Positions 49,801 through 64,000 of a stretch of DNA of 64,000 bases are shown here, piece by piece. Numbering within the stretch: position 1 is the first letter of the stretch; each line of letters begins with the position of its first letter. Source of the stretch: Iphione sp. A-MEVVRFRX5 (Eukaryota). A program made the translations under genes and the position numbers. The stretch is from assembly GCA_976226885.1 (NCBI GenBank), contig OZ320316.1, positions 39,618,001-39,682,000 on the forward strand. Reading direction: 5' to 3'. Under the pieces are notes generated by a model. The model saw only the letters and a program-made list of their open reading frames with translations. It was not told the DNA's origin and searched no databases.

Positions 49801-52800
49801 CTATGCTGTAGTGAGCGGGGGATTATTTGCTGTCCAGGCTATCGTTTTCTCACAACTGCCGCCCACCCCCCGAAGGCCGTAACTCACGCTGGCCGTCCGA
49901 TCAGTCAGACGTGGGCTTGCTCGTCGGATAAATGCCTCCTTTCTTCCAGGTGTTGGGTTTACGTTGGGCCAATGGTGAGCTATGCTACCTACCGAACACC
50001 GACCCCCTGCCCACTGAACCGACTGGCCGCCGGCCGGCAGCCCGCCTGTCCAGCCAGCCACACCCGCCGGGGACTCGGGCGCCGGTGGGCCCTTTGGCGC
50101 CCACAAGACGCAGCAGGTTACCGTCATTCCCTGGAGCGAGTGGCAAACTTTAGAGGCACAGGAATGTGCTATACTTCTCCCGAACGTAACCGCCGCCATT
50201 GTGTGCAAGGGCAGCTAAGAGAAATCATGGCCTATGGAATACGGTATAATCTTATTAGGCGTGCACGTACATGTCTGCACTTACGCACAGATGAAACTGC
50301 AACTAATGACACTGAAGCATTATATTTTCCCACAAGAACTTCGTAGCACTTTTATTTTTGATTGCCCTCCCATCCAAACCTTGCATGCAATTCTGGCAGA
50401 AACCATTTACGGCAATAACGGAAGTTTCTCTTGTTAATTTTTTTTACAACCACGGTCCAGGTGGACATTTATCTAGTGGCAGGTGTTAATGTGTTAGAAG
50501 TGACCCCAGGCTAGCCTGGAACAAAGATAGCACACACAGAACAGAACAAGGAAAAAAATAATTTACGGCGAATTTTATTTGATATAGATTTGTGTTCGAG
50601 AGTGTTCCACTGCCAAAGCCTTCTTTACTGTCAACATGCTATATGTGGTCCCTACCTCGGACTGGTGTCGACTTCCTGTCCCAAGGTACCCACAGCGTGC
50701 ATGCGTCCTTACCTGTAAGAACAAAAAAAAAGAGCAGAGTGAGAGGTCAGTAATTACATGTACAAAAAGTACACTCGACGCTTGCTATAACAGTCAATGG
50801 GAACTGGTGGACAAATGGATGAGTGCTTGCGCTGACCACAGGCACGCTCATCCGATGGGAGCAGGTGGTTGAATGGCCCAAGTGGACATTGTCGGGCGTG
50901 GGTTCATGACACAGCTTGAATGGAAGGGGTTGGGGGCAGGATGAGAAGGGCGGATGTAATGGTGACGAGGGAAGGTTGGCGCGATGGGAGTCAGACAGCA
51001 GGGGGGGGGGGGGGTTTGAACGTACGCAGAATGGCCAACGCTGAAGGACAACCACATACACATACGCACGCGCACACGCACACGCATGGAGTGTCTATAT
51101 CGGCACATGCATGCCATCCGTACGTACATCAAACACCGTGACACTATCAAACCTGTAGGAAGACCCGAGCGTCTGCTTTATTAAAGAGCAGCGGCCATTA
51201 CCCCATTACGTGGAAGGCCAGAAGCCAGGCCAATCAAAGCCAGTGCTTGCAGTGCAGCAAACCTGCCATGGCCTGACTCCACCAACATGCAGAACATAAA
51301 AATGTCCTTTTTAATATCGGGGGGTCAGCAGCAAAGTCCGCATCCACACTATCCGCGAATAAGTTAACTCGAAATACAGGTCTTTCCGCACCAATTTGAC
51401 TATAAATTTGATAGTTCTGCTGAAGGAGAGCTGTGATTTGTTTTAGAGTAGACAACAAAATGCTGTAATCTTTGGTACAAAGTGGCATGTATATTTACAT
51501 GACACAAAATTATCTTTAGGCTCTCCCGACAGAATTAGGGGGCGGCCAGACATGCTGGGTGTGGTTCCTATGAGACACATCTTGTCACGACAGGTGCCAT
51601 ACAATACATGTACATTTTGATAAAGAAACAGATCTGCAGGTCATTCATTATAGTTTTCGGGTCAAAAAGAACGTGACGTTTATGATAACAAATTTAATAT
51701 TCAGTGAGATGAACAAAGTGACAGTCAATGAAACGAAATGAAACAAATCATTAAAACGTGAAGACTGGTTGTTGCTCAAGAGGCTTTCAATGCATCTATG
51801 GGTTGTATAGGAATAACAGAATTACGTATATTACGCATGATGGCACCTTTCAATCACTGAAAAGAGTTCATTTACATGTACTGCGAGAGAGATATTAGCT
51901 TATGTGTTAACCCCGGTGGATAAAGCGAGGGCGATTAAGGTTGAATTAGTTTATCGTTAGCTATCCCTTGCAGACAGCTCTCCCTCTCAGATGGGAAAGA
52001 CTAGTCAAAGATAGCACATGCAGCAGAGCATTTCTTATAATTATCAGTGAGGAATATATGTCATACTCAGAAAAAAGTGAAAAGAGGACGACAACCGTGC
52101 ACGGGGCGATGAGAGGTATGGGCAGAAGATCGATTGAACTGATGCAACCAAACTTGATAGGACATTCAGATAATGGGGAGAAGGTTGAAACGGGTGGAAG
52201 GTGCGGGGTGGGGGATACAGTCACCCGTCCATCCCACCGTCCATCGAATCATGCCAAGTAATAAAACATGAGGCTACGATTTGCGCAATCAGCGACGCAA
52301 ATTTAGCATCAAATTCAATTATACAGGCCTAAGCCCTCAAAAATGCATCCGGCGGCCGCCGAGGACAGCGGTCAATGCCGACTGATTTGCCTAAATGGGC
52401 AAATCATCGGTGGCCACATAAACCCGGCGACCAAGTCGGGGTTTATGGTGCTGGTGCTGGCCTAATTAGAATTGGTGATGATTTCCTTGGTTCTAGCAAC
52501 CGCTCAACCATATTCTTATCTTATTACTGCGCACGGCCAACTTCAATTCCTGTTCAATAATCTTACCGTGCCTGATGCCCAATTGGGGCCCATTTGTTTG
52601 GACGTAATCTAGTTTGCATACATAACATCTACCCAAGCTGAGCCCAGAAATATCTGAGCAACAATCGATATATCCCTAATGGCATACATAATTGCAAAAG
52701 CTTGCGTTAATTCGGTGTTAATGTTTCAGGAACAGCAAGGGTTAGTAGGAAACTATGGACGTTTGGTGCATTTGCATAAGTCACAAAGCACATATCTCAA

Positions 52801-55800
52801 AAGCATCGCTTGCCTCGTATGGTAATTAGCAGCCATTTGTAAGTCTTTACATGTGGATAATCTTGGCTTTCAGTCAAAGCGCCGGTATTATGACCCAGGG
52901 TCAGCCATGCCTGTTCTTATCATCCTACCTAGTATCTGATATCACAGGTAGTATTGTATCAGATCTATATATCACACAGATATGTCTCGTTTCTATATGC
53001 CTACCACAGCTGTTGTAACTTTATCTTTCTCTCGATTACTTTTCGGTCGATATGCAAGAGACAGGCCACGTCACACGCGTATACTTACATCATGTCAGGG
53101 ATGGGCAAAGCTGCGTCTAATATCGTATAGATAAGTACGCGAGGAACACATATCCACAATGTACTGAGAATGTTGTTGGTGTGTTGCTAATGATATATTC
53201 ATTCTGTAAGAAAATGAGAAAGTTAAAAGCCTTCAAATCATACTAATTGGCAGCAGCACGCGGCCCGTGGGAGCAGTTAAAGGGGGCCCCACCCTTTTAG
53301 GCCGAGCCAAGCAGTAACTCAAGCTGCCAGAGCATCTCAGATCCTGACTGAGATAAACATGAAGCACATGTATATGGCAGGCCATGGCGGACACAGCCCA
53401 GGGTCCAGGTAGGTTCTGATTGAGCTGATAGGCCGGTAGAGGTGATGTCGTGCTAGCCCATTGTTCTCAACAAACATGGCAAGAGAAGCAGGGCTCGTAT
53501 TTGCTTTCACATGCATCACCTACCCCCAGCACCCACCCACCCACCCCCTCCCTCTGTCTCCTCCATTTTCCATTCCCTTTTCCCACTGGTCTGCTGGTGG
53601 CCCAAGGCTAGCATTACCAGCCACTCTCCCAACCCCCCCCCCCCCTCATGTCATTTGGACATGTGCTAGGACTAGCTGCTGCAGTAGCACAGCATGTCAG
53701 ACGGGTCAAGCGTGGAGGCCAGGTCAGGGGTCGGGGTCGGTGACCTGTTACACTGAGGTGGAGAACAGGTCATTTCCATGCAGCTGTTCAGTCAAGTCCA
53801 TGTTGTTTGTTTGAAAATGCTCGTGATGTCTTTGTCTACAACATGCTAAAATTTAGTCTTGCAAGTCATAGATGAACGAAAGGAATGGGACAGTTTTATC
53901 ATCGTGGGGGTCCAAATAGGGTGAAATCGTGAGCTGATCTTCCAGACCAGGCGAGAATACCGGGTTCATACAAAGGGTAATGGTGGCTTCGGGGCCTGAC
54001 GGACAGCCATCCACGTTTCCATTCAGTATCTTCCACGAGGCACAAGCTATACCATCACGCGGTATCATCTTCATGCAGGTCTTGGTGCACCTGCTAGGAT
54101 ATCATTTATTGGGTGTGGCTAGGTTGGTAACATACCACATCGTACTAGGGAAAAAAATCCCAGGATAATACATTCCGTATTCGTGATGTCAATGTTTTAT
54201 CAAAGTATGGCGTTGGGTCATTATGGATTATCCACTTCTCCGTGAATGCCATATTGAACGGAAAGTAAATGTAGTGTCTTTGATATCAAATACGCTTGTA
54301 CTATTGTTATTGTAAGGCACTCAATCACCTTTGTTTGCGCTAATACACTAAGCTTTCTTCATTTAACAAAATGTGGCCTTTAGAAAGTAACCTATATCCC
54401 ACTGACTGATAAGATGATATAAATGTAAGCTTAGTGTAGGCATATGTATACAAGAAGTTCCGGTAGATGTACCGTTTACTGTGGCATTGTGAAACTTGAG
54501 TGTGATACAATAGCTTGATCGGCAAGTACAAATGTATAGGAAAGCGGGGAGACAAATGTGTGTATCTCAAACATTTGGTCAGGTAACAAAACAAAAATGT
54601 GCGTGCATGTGTGTTAAGAAAACTGCCTCTGACTTTTTACATGAATAACGTATATATTACTTGGCTACATGGCCCATCCTGGCCATATCAGGGGAATCCA
54701 AAGCATGCATGCTTAGGGGAAACTTCCATCGTGAGAGAAGCTGATGGTCAACTGGCCAGGTCAGATGAGTAACTTCGCTGTAACCTTGGCGACCCCCACC
54801 CCTCCCCGCCCTTCCTCCATGCCCTCTGTATGACACGAACATGGTGTATCAGCCTGCCGTACACACGAGAGGGGTCAGTTTTCATGCGGCATTCCGTACC
54901 CCTCCACGTATGACGACGTTTCTTTTTCCCCTTTCATTAGGCAGGCAGTCAGTGATGCTTCCATGCGGCATCGCGTGATAAGTCAGATAAGCTCCAAGGA
55001 TGACGACATGTCATTTCTTGTTTCTATATCATCTTTATGACAGAGCGTGTGCTTTTTTCCTTATCACGGGAAGCAATGCGCTGAGTATAAAAACGCCTGC
55101 AATAATATGTACGTCTACGTAGTGCGTGGGTATAGGGAAAGGTTGGGGTCACTTTACCCATTTATCTGGTGATCTCAATCTGTTGTCTGTTCAGTGTTCA
55201 ACCGGCCGTACCTTGCCACGAAATTACCAACTAATAAGGCATATTAGGGCTACGTGCGGTTTAATGCTGTCTGTTCTTCTCGCCCGCCAGACGACGTCAT
55301 GATACCCCAGTCAGCACAATGGGCTTTGGTCTGGTACCCATGTTGCGTCCGTGTATCCAGTCACCCAACCGTCGCTTGCCCCTGAGGAGTCCCACGTATG
55401 GGACAGACATCACCTCTCTAGTATGCTTTAAGTATCTCGTCCGTTCGAGCGAACCTCACCCGGATAAACCGCAACTTGAGAAAGTTAAGCCTGTCCATCA
55501 CGGTGCGTTCGGGTTAACCGCCGGGCCCCCGATGTGTTTTGGGGACGAGTTGGTCACATTTTAATTCAGTGCACTATGGTGTGGTTTGTGGTTACACAAA
55601 GATGGCGAGTTATATAGCTACAAGGGTTTCAGCAGACGGTGGTCATAGTCGGATATCCAAACACAAAGAGCACTTTCTAGGCTCCGCCTTATCTTAAACC
55701 ACTGAAACGTGATTTACAACTCGAGTATGCTGGGCTTATTGAATATGGTGCAGATATTAACTTTTGACGGGCAAGGTAGACGACGTAGACATTTGACTGT

Positions 55801-58800
55801 TCCGCTTTTAATGCTTGTCGCCCGAATTCAAACCCCGTGCCCCCATCCCCCAACGCTACCGATGGCAAATTCAGCCAAATTTGACATTCTACATAAATAT
55901 GTATGTCTGGACTGCATGGTGACTAATTTTGGATTCGAGGGTTCACCGCGGGGTTGCCATATACATGGACATGATGTTGAAGCAATGCCCCGTTGACCAT
56001 GCTGGGAGTGGGCATGCCATATGGTGGCGGTTACCGACTAGTCATTACTCTTGGGACCGGCTTGACCAAAAACTGACCCAGCCCTCCTCGGATTGTCATC
56101 CATCAGAGGCCGATCCAGAAAAAAATCACACCTTTTAGACTCTCCTTCATCCACTGCATGCCGAAATGGCTCCACTGCCTGGCTGGACCTACACAACATT
56201 CTCCTTCTTCGCCCACTTTTTTTTGTCTCTATAAATCCCCCTCAAACACAAGCGATAGCTTTGCTGCCTTTTCATGGCCTCAATGATCTCGAAAACAGCT
56301 GCTGATGACGGTGTATACCTGTCCGTCAACATACAAATTAATCTGGTGGTTACAGCGGCTGTGGTAATACCCGCAGCCTTTCGATTCTCATTTTCTATGG
56401 CCGGCTCTCGTCATGCATTGAGCAGACTTTAGCCGGCTGGCCAACTTTCACCCAAATATGTATGGGAACATCTGGCCCTCGCTTCAGCAAGGCAACCTGA
56501 CTGAACCAACCTCAAAGCCCCTCTCCTCTCTGACTAGACATGCTCACCCCGTACTACGCAACAGCCACATTAAAATATCACAATCATCCAGAAAATACCA
56601 CGAACAATATTTGCATTAGCATATTGCAAGACTCTCTGTCACACGGAAATTCATATCAATAATGAGGCGTAAAGGTAAGAAAGTCCGTTCGCACTATTGA
56701 CACAGAATAACCCTAGTTATTCCAATCTTTTCTTTCCTCATCGGGTACTTTTTAATCAGTTTAGTGTAGACTTGAACTCATCTAGTGTCACTGTGCGTCA
56801 TGTCAGCGAGCAGGGCTGGCGGACTACCTTTGTCACGGGGGCCCTCTTACCACTAGTTACGACTGAGTGACCCGGCCCTCTCGTCATCACCTGGCCATGT
56901 CAAACAAATTGTGCTGACCCCCCTATATCAGTGTCAGTCGATGGCGCCGCCACCCTACTGTCATTATGGATGGGGGTCTCGCTGCCGCCTTGGTCGCCTT
57001 GAAAGCATGCTTCAGCGTGGCCAGAATGTGCCTCAACTATGGCCGCAGCCAGAGAATATTGGTCAGTTGGACAGGGGGTGTGCAACCAAATCACATCATT
57101 ACCAATACATTACTGCGTATTACATGAACAGGACTGGAGATCACTAAAAATTATAGTCTCTAAAAGACATACACACTCTGGTAAATAACGTCAGTCGATA
57201 AAATGAAATATTGTGATGAGGTGAAAGGTCTGTAATGTAAAAAAAATGGATATTTTTCCATTCCTGACATCCTGAAACGTCTCTGCGATGCCTTCTGTAG
57301 AGGGGAGAACAAGGATTTTGCTAAGAATTCGTAGTAAGCAGTGGAGGACGACGGTCAACGCTCCTCAACAGACACACAGTTAAATAGAAACTTGAAAGTT
57401 GGCTGGGGCAGGAGGACTCCTTTGGGGTTGGGCCCAGGGTCTCCGAGCGGCAATTAATAGCTAACTGATCGTCTTCTAAAAAAAAGTCGGAACCATTGAG
57501 GCCGGTCTCTCTGGGGGAGAGAATGGGACGTCGGGGACGGTGGTCCTTGGTCGAGGGGACCGGGCGTGGGCGACCGGGTGGGCCGTCTGACCGAGAGAGG
57601 GGGCCGTCCTGCTAGTCACGGCCACTGAACAAGGAAGCCGTCCACAGAGAGCCTCCATATTGGACGGGGGTGCGTGGCCGGCGCGCTATCTAAAGATAGG
57701 CACAAGATGATCGTCACCCCAGCAGAGATCAAACCATTTATCTGGCTGTAGCACGGGGGCTAGTCTAATCTTGGTAACACGATACAATGATGCAGGTGGC
57801 CACAGCCACTAAAGTCTATTTGAAGTTAATGTGAGGACTTACATAGAGTTCAACTTTGTTAAGTGTAGGGTCAATGCAAACAGATACCATTTTCAGCTTA
57901 CCTGTAATGGTACACAACGTGCATGTTCATATGTTTACCTGTCCGCGCATCCGAAAATGTAAATACTAGTCAGGTGCTTTGAATGTTTGATACATATTTA
58001 CCACACGTGAGAATACTGCATCAAAATGTGGTAAATGGACGTATTACGGGCATGCACTGGTAAAACTATGTTTTATTCGTGATTTAGAAAGAAAAACACA
58101 AGAAAGTATAGTATCTTTCGAGAGTGGCTTTGCATAAATCCTCCAAAGCCGATGGTGCGGCGCAACTGCGTGCAGCAACGACCTCTTCTGTACTGGTTAA
58201 TTTCATGTTTGTGTTGTTGTCTGTGTCTTCAAGTTTGAGTGTTCGGACCTTTTGAAATTCTATACGTTCAAGTCCGAGCAATAACTGCAGACCAGCAAGA
58301 AACCAATATATGTATTTGTACATCACAGAAGACAGATGTTTCAAACAGGCCCTTGGATATGCAAATAAGTCCTGTTCCACATGGCAGACCACTGGCCTAC
58401 TTGAAAGCTTCACTCCAGACGTTTGAGAACAGAGGCTTGAGACGGGGGTCGTCATTTAACTCATTAAAATTAAATTAAACCCACCACGCGTCCTACTCCA
58501 ATCCCACAGGAAGTTATCCTCAAAGTCGTCAGAATTCTACAGTAAATAATATAACGAGTACGCTGGTACACGATACAAATTATTGCCTGAAACACATGAC
58601 AATTGTTCTTAATTGATTTTTTTCTTCTTGAATAATTGTAAGGAAGCCCCGTTGGGAGCCCCGCGTCCTGGTGACCCTGACTGACCCTGGGCAGGTGTGG
58701 TCGGCCTTAGAGTGTGCAAGCTGCCGTAACCTCCAGTAACAAGCATAACCCCCGGTAAACTGATGTAACGGCCTACCCCCTGCCAGCTCCCCTCTCCCGT

Positions 58801-61800
58801 CCCTCCCTAGGCTCTCGTGGCCCCCTACCCGGGTCGGACCGACGCGGCCAGCCAGTCCCATATCGCACCGTCCGGCACCCATTGTACGCTTCTTCGTCGG
58901 TGGACCGAGAACGAGGAGCGAGGGAGGGGGCTAGGAGTGAGGGGGGAGACTTGGTGGGGGTATACCGAAGTCGAGTAGGGGTGGGCTAGGGAAAGGGGCC
59001 AGTGAATGCTTTGCATATAAACCGGAGGTGCAATATTCCTCCATCATAAATTCACCCCCCAACCATTGTACAGCCAAGGTGCTGAATTTAAAAATGGGCG
59101 CGTCCCGCTGTCAGATGACCATTTTCTTTATGTGGGCCACATTTAGTGCGTAACTACCGCATTCACACCGACATAAAGGAATGGCGAATTATAGCCTTGG
59201 TGATTACGTTTTGCAAATATGATATATAACCTTTCAACTGGAAAGCATTTGCTTGCCCGCCGGTGTCTGTGGAGACTCTGGGACATGGTGAGGAGTGGGT
59301 CAGAGGCAGTCGCCGTGGACATATTTAAGTTCACACCTGTATTTGCACATGACCACGAGCTCGACGCCCACCTGAGCCGACCGGTCTGGATTCAACATGT
59401 TGTTTGGATGTTGGTGATGGGAGGGAGGTTGAGGAAGGAGGAAGGTGGTGATAGTTGTGGTGGTGGTGGTGATGGCGGAGGACGGGGGGGGGGGAGTGGT
59501 CAATGGGCGGCACGGCGCCGTCAATACATCTATGAAGTACAGCCGCCAAGGTGACGACCGACTGTGGCCGGAATATGGATGAGCAGTGCGCCGGCGCACG
59601 TTTGAACCGCTAGGCCCTGCTACTGTATAGGTGCAGGCTATTGACCTGCCTCATGCTAATGGCGTGAGTAGGATCATTAGAAAGCGACGGACAGACCGCG
59701 CCATGGTAGTGGATATAACCTGGTCATGGTAACGATGTGGCATTAGATCGATAAGGACGGCTCATATTATGTGCTAAACGGGCCTCGACACTGAGTATGC
59801 TCTGCGCTCCAGACAACGGGCACTGGTGTCAGTGAACTACACTGAGAACTTACTTTGATAGGATCGTTAAGATCCGCCTAGTGTGGGTTGCACACTGTGA
59901 GTACATAGGCACCGACAACCCGCATGTGAGGCACATAAAGGGCCAGTGTGCGTGAGTGCATGTGTGTATGTGTTGTGTAGGACAAGGCATCAGGCGACGA
60001 TGCGTGGGCTGCGGCTGGGAGGAGATGATGAGTGTGATGGGGCCGTGGGATCAGTAGCCACAATGTCCAGGGACAGGCCTGAGAGACCGGCCCCAAGTCT
60101 GATACCACCCACCTCCCTCGTTCCTTCCTCCTCCTCCCCGACCCACCCACCTCGCTACTGGCCGCCATGATGGTTCACCCTGGAGGCCAATAATGGCTGC
60201 TTGATGAAGTCGGACGCTTGTTTCGGCGGGCTGGGCGACACACGGACACATGGGGGCCGGCCGGAGCCCGCCAGCCACGCGCACCAAGCGTCGGGCGCGT
60301 TCGGACACGCGTTCTCTCGATCTACACATGTCACAAGCCACTTCTTCGTGTGCAGCCAAACCTTAACATCCAGACGACTATCTGACCATTTGTCTAGGCG
60401 TTTATCTTAACAATGTACTAATCTCACGTGTATATGGCGCCGACAAGATCAAATTCCAACCAAAACCATCTCTCCTAACACACGGCTGGGCAAATCATTG
60501 TGAAGAGTCAGATCCCACAATCTTGGTGGGCTGGCGGTTCGCGAACGCGACCGCTTTTGTAAATGAAAGAACATTACCAGCATGGGCGGCGCACGCAGCA
60601 TTATACGAGTGGTCAATATAATGATGATGCCGTAATGGCTTATACGATAATCATACACGCAGGCCGGCATTGTCCACCGGCGAGATCTGTAACCCAGATT
60701 GGACAATGATGTGCCAGTGTCCGACCATCCGGGCTGCCCTGACCAGTGTCGTATGTTCAATATCAAACCCACCAAGCTCATGAGCTGTATGTACGGGCCT
60801 CGTGTCTGGGTTATAATAAAGCATGGTAGACTGATGTATTTTCTGCCTCTGTGGTCAAAATATTTAGTTCCAATTTTTTAACGAGCGGACCTAATCAATT
60901 CATTATTTTAAAGACAAAACAATTTGTCGAACAAACAATATTTACTACAATTTTTCAACATGGTAGATCATTAAGTTCCTGGGTTACTCCCAACATACGC
61001 AAACGCATACACTGCATTTATGTATGCCTGTCAGCAGTTATAACCCATATCGGTTGAACTCTGGTGGTAACGACCTGCAGTCTGTATACCCTCAGACCAC
61101 GTGTAATGTGATTTCCACATAGCCAGCAGTGGTGGAGACATAAGTCACATAGCCAGTGTGTTCTCTGATATGCCGACACAGCAGGGGGAGGGCTGGTCAG
61201 TTACCTGTCACTGCCCATATGGCATAACGACTGCATAGGGGTTGTGGTTGGGGATGGGAACCAAGGGCCCCCGGTAGCCTGCACATGTCATGTCCAGCTC
61301 GATATGCTGTCAGTGCTGGGTGAAAGGGACGTGTCCATCGTGACAGTGGGTAAGTGCAGCCACATGTCCTGTCCTCGAACATAACGCCTGGTCAATGTTA
61401 GTCGGTGACGAAAAGGGATGGATGGTCGATAGGTAGGGTGAAATGCGTAGAATGTGCCACTTCTTTTTCATTTTGTTAAAAGAGACTGTTCGTACAACGA
61501 ACGGGCCCACCCTTTTCTTCCGAGCGCAGTTTGGCAACATTTCAGCATCAGGAGTTGGAGCTGACCGGTAAGAAGCCGTCTCAAAGAAGCGCTATATGCT
61601 CATGTGTCAGGAACTTCTCCATCTCCCGCCACGAGGAGGTGAATGATTCACCAGGTGCCGGGAGGTCTCGTAACAGGGCCACGCCGGGGCATGGGAAATT
61701 TCGGCCAGGGTGTCTGTCCTCATGACCATCACATGCTGACCATGTTGGACCAGGGAAGCAGGGAATGCTGCCAGGTCACTCCAGGGTCCGACAGGGTCAT

Positions 61801-64000
61801 ACGGGGTGAGGCCCTGGAGGCACACCCCCTCCTGCGCCCAATACCCAATGCTATGTAATAGCCTGCAGATTCCGACTCCCTAGCACGACGGGAGTTTGGG
61901 CCAGTTTGCTAGGCCCCGCCCTGGAGGAAGGGTCCTGGGGCAAGAGGAAGGGACCTGAAGGTCAGCTCAGGCCGCTGAAGTTGGGGGAGTTTCCATCGGT
62001 TCATCGTTCATAATCTGTCAGTTGCCCCTTAGTAGAGTCCCTGCCAGTATTTTCAGAGTTGTGGGCAGGCGTGCTGACAGGGGATACAAGCAGGCCGTTA
62101 GAGGGGGCGCGCCGAAATCCAACCCCCGGGCAGCCATGTTCACAGCGGAGCTGCAGGGTAATACATGGTGGGCGCATACTTCCCCGGGCATCATGTGCAA
62201 ACTAGGGCGCCTGGGTCCCAAGCGCATGCCTGCTCGGGCGAGAATACGGGACATGGCAGAGGATGTATTCAGACAGTCGAAGGGCGCAAGAGCATGGAAA
62301 CCACTTAGTATCAGACAAGATGTTCTTTTTTTCTCGCAAACATGCGTGAAGCATTTCGCCCCGCCTCCTCCGTGAGCGACGCCGCCGATGACATCAGGTG
62401 GCAGCGATTTAGCAATTCGCGCTACATTTGCACTGTGACGAGGATAGACCAGGGGAAATGCTGTTTTTTTCGCCTTTGCTCCTCAGCAAAAGGGGCGCCT
62501 GGGCCTTGGCCTCCAGCTGGGTTGGACTAACGCTGACTGTCGGCCGCTATCAAGTGGACGGGGCAGCAGGCAGCGACCGTAAAGCTGCCAGTGCGAGTGC
62601 GAGACCTTCCGTCTTCTGGAGGACCTCTCCACTGTGTGCTGGGAAGTGGAGAAAGGTGGCTGCTTAAGTTGCCTTCAGTTGGGTGAGTAGGTGGGTGGGC
62701 GGGATCTTATATGGAAGTGCAGAGAATGGGGGAAAGGATGGCGGCCGCCGAGTGAGACTGGCCGCGTGCCCTGACCACGGTCTAAGTTATGAGGTGTGGA
62801 GAGGCTCGCGAAGGAGAGATGGGAGTTCGAGACCGACAAGAAGTGCAGTTTTATGTCTGGCCTCGCCGCAGTTGTAGAAAGTATGGGCAGGTCTAAGGGT
62901 GGTAGTGTACAAGAGCAGTTACCGCCTTCCTACCCCCCCCCCCCCGCGCGCCCACCTCCATCCTACAACCCTTGTGGTATGACATTACCCCTTCCACTTA
63001 GAGGCTTTCCGACCTAACCCACGGCCCTGGCCCCACCACGTGGAGTACCTCTGAAGGTATACAGCAAAAAGAAATCGTCTAAAGTGGGCAGGTGGCGGTT
63101 TGTTATGACAGGTGCAAAGATTCCTCGTGTAATCTATCCCTCGTACAGAACGAGGAATGTAATTAGCTGCGAAAGATTTCAGATCGGATTCAAACAGGTC
63201 CTAAAAACGTCCATAAAGATCTGACCAGCCCTCATGAAACATGTGGCATTCTCTTCCACTCTGTCATATAGCTTTCGAGAGCACCCTAATTGTCGTCCGA
63301 CTGGTATGCGCATTGCAAGATAGCGCTAATTGGATAATTAGCATACTGCAATGTCTCAGAAGCCATAGTATGACCACCCAAGGCAGCTTGTAGACGCATC
63401 TTAACAGCCTGTGGTATTTTTGTGGGTGGAGGCGAACAAGGGACTTGCGTATCTGCTTGTGCCTGTTGGAGGTAGGAATGGGATGAACGAGGAACGGTAG
63501 ATAGGGTGTCTAGTCGTAGCCATAGCAATCTGCGGGTGTGCCTGGAGGATACGAGGAAGGGAGGCTATATCCATGGGAACAGATGGGCATTAGTCGAGGC
63601 GACGCCAGTGGTGGATGACACCCCTCGACTCCAGTGTCAATCAGATGTCTGCAGTCCAAGACACCAACTTGCCGGTCCGAGCTGAGAAAGCAAACTTAGG
63701 TTACAGTCTTCCTCTCATCGGTTCCCCAACATTCGCTTCTTTTTTTCTCTTTCTGTTTCCTGGCAATTACTCTCCCGTTTGGCCCTGCCCGTCATTGCGG
63801 TGTAATGCCAGTAGGAGGGGAGATACTTGTCAGGCCCTAAGTTGCAAACAAGGCACAATTATCATACCTCAGGGTGCACCTGATGATTTCAGTCTTCGTG
63901 GTCCAAGCCAACAACACAGACAACGCGACTAGATGATGGATACTTAAATCATTAGATAAAACTTTGATTCGCACAAGATACGTGCGCTTGATGGATGAAT

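Noticed and set aside
57996-58036. Inverted repeat ATTTACCACA / TGTGGTAAAT with a 21-nt loop
   Set aside because: A 10-bp AT-rich stem is expected by chance in 64 kb; no TSD or miRNA-like extended stem.

Overview
Eukaryotic, probably invertebrate-metazoan genomic DNA with two assembly gaps (34160-34288, 46732-46870). The one structure firmly supported is a complete, very young 8.5-kb Ty3/Gypsy LTR retroelement on the minus strand (38181-46701). It has two 591-bp LTRs that look identical by eye, a 4-bp CAAT target-site duplication and a tRNA-His primer-binding site. It encodes gag with zinc knuckles, a pol (PR-RT-RNaseH-IN) reached by a predicted -1 frameshift, and a separate intact 669-aa envelope ORF with class I fusion (baculovirus-F/errantivirus-like) architecture, so it resembles an endogenous retrovirus. 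Unusual details include a PBS set 15 nt from the LTR with a hairpin over the LTR end, a dUTPase-like segment between PR and RT, an acidic integrase tail with a duplicated motif, splice sites predicting a subgenomic env mRNA, and a single 1-nt frameshift in integrase. The remaining ~55 kb has no recognisable gene. Its short ORFs look like noise, and I found only a few candidate cis-regulatory clusters. All comparisons were made by eye, with no database searches.
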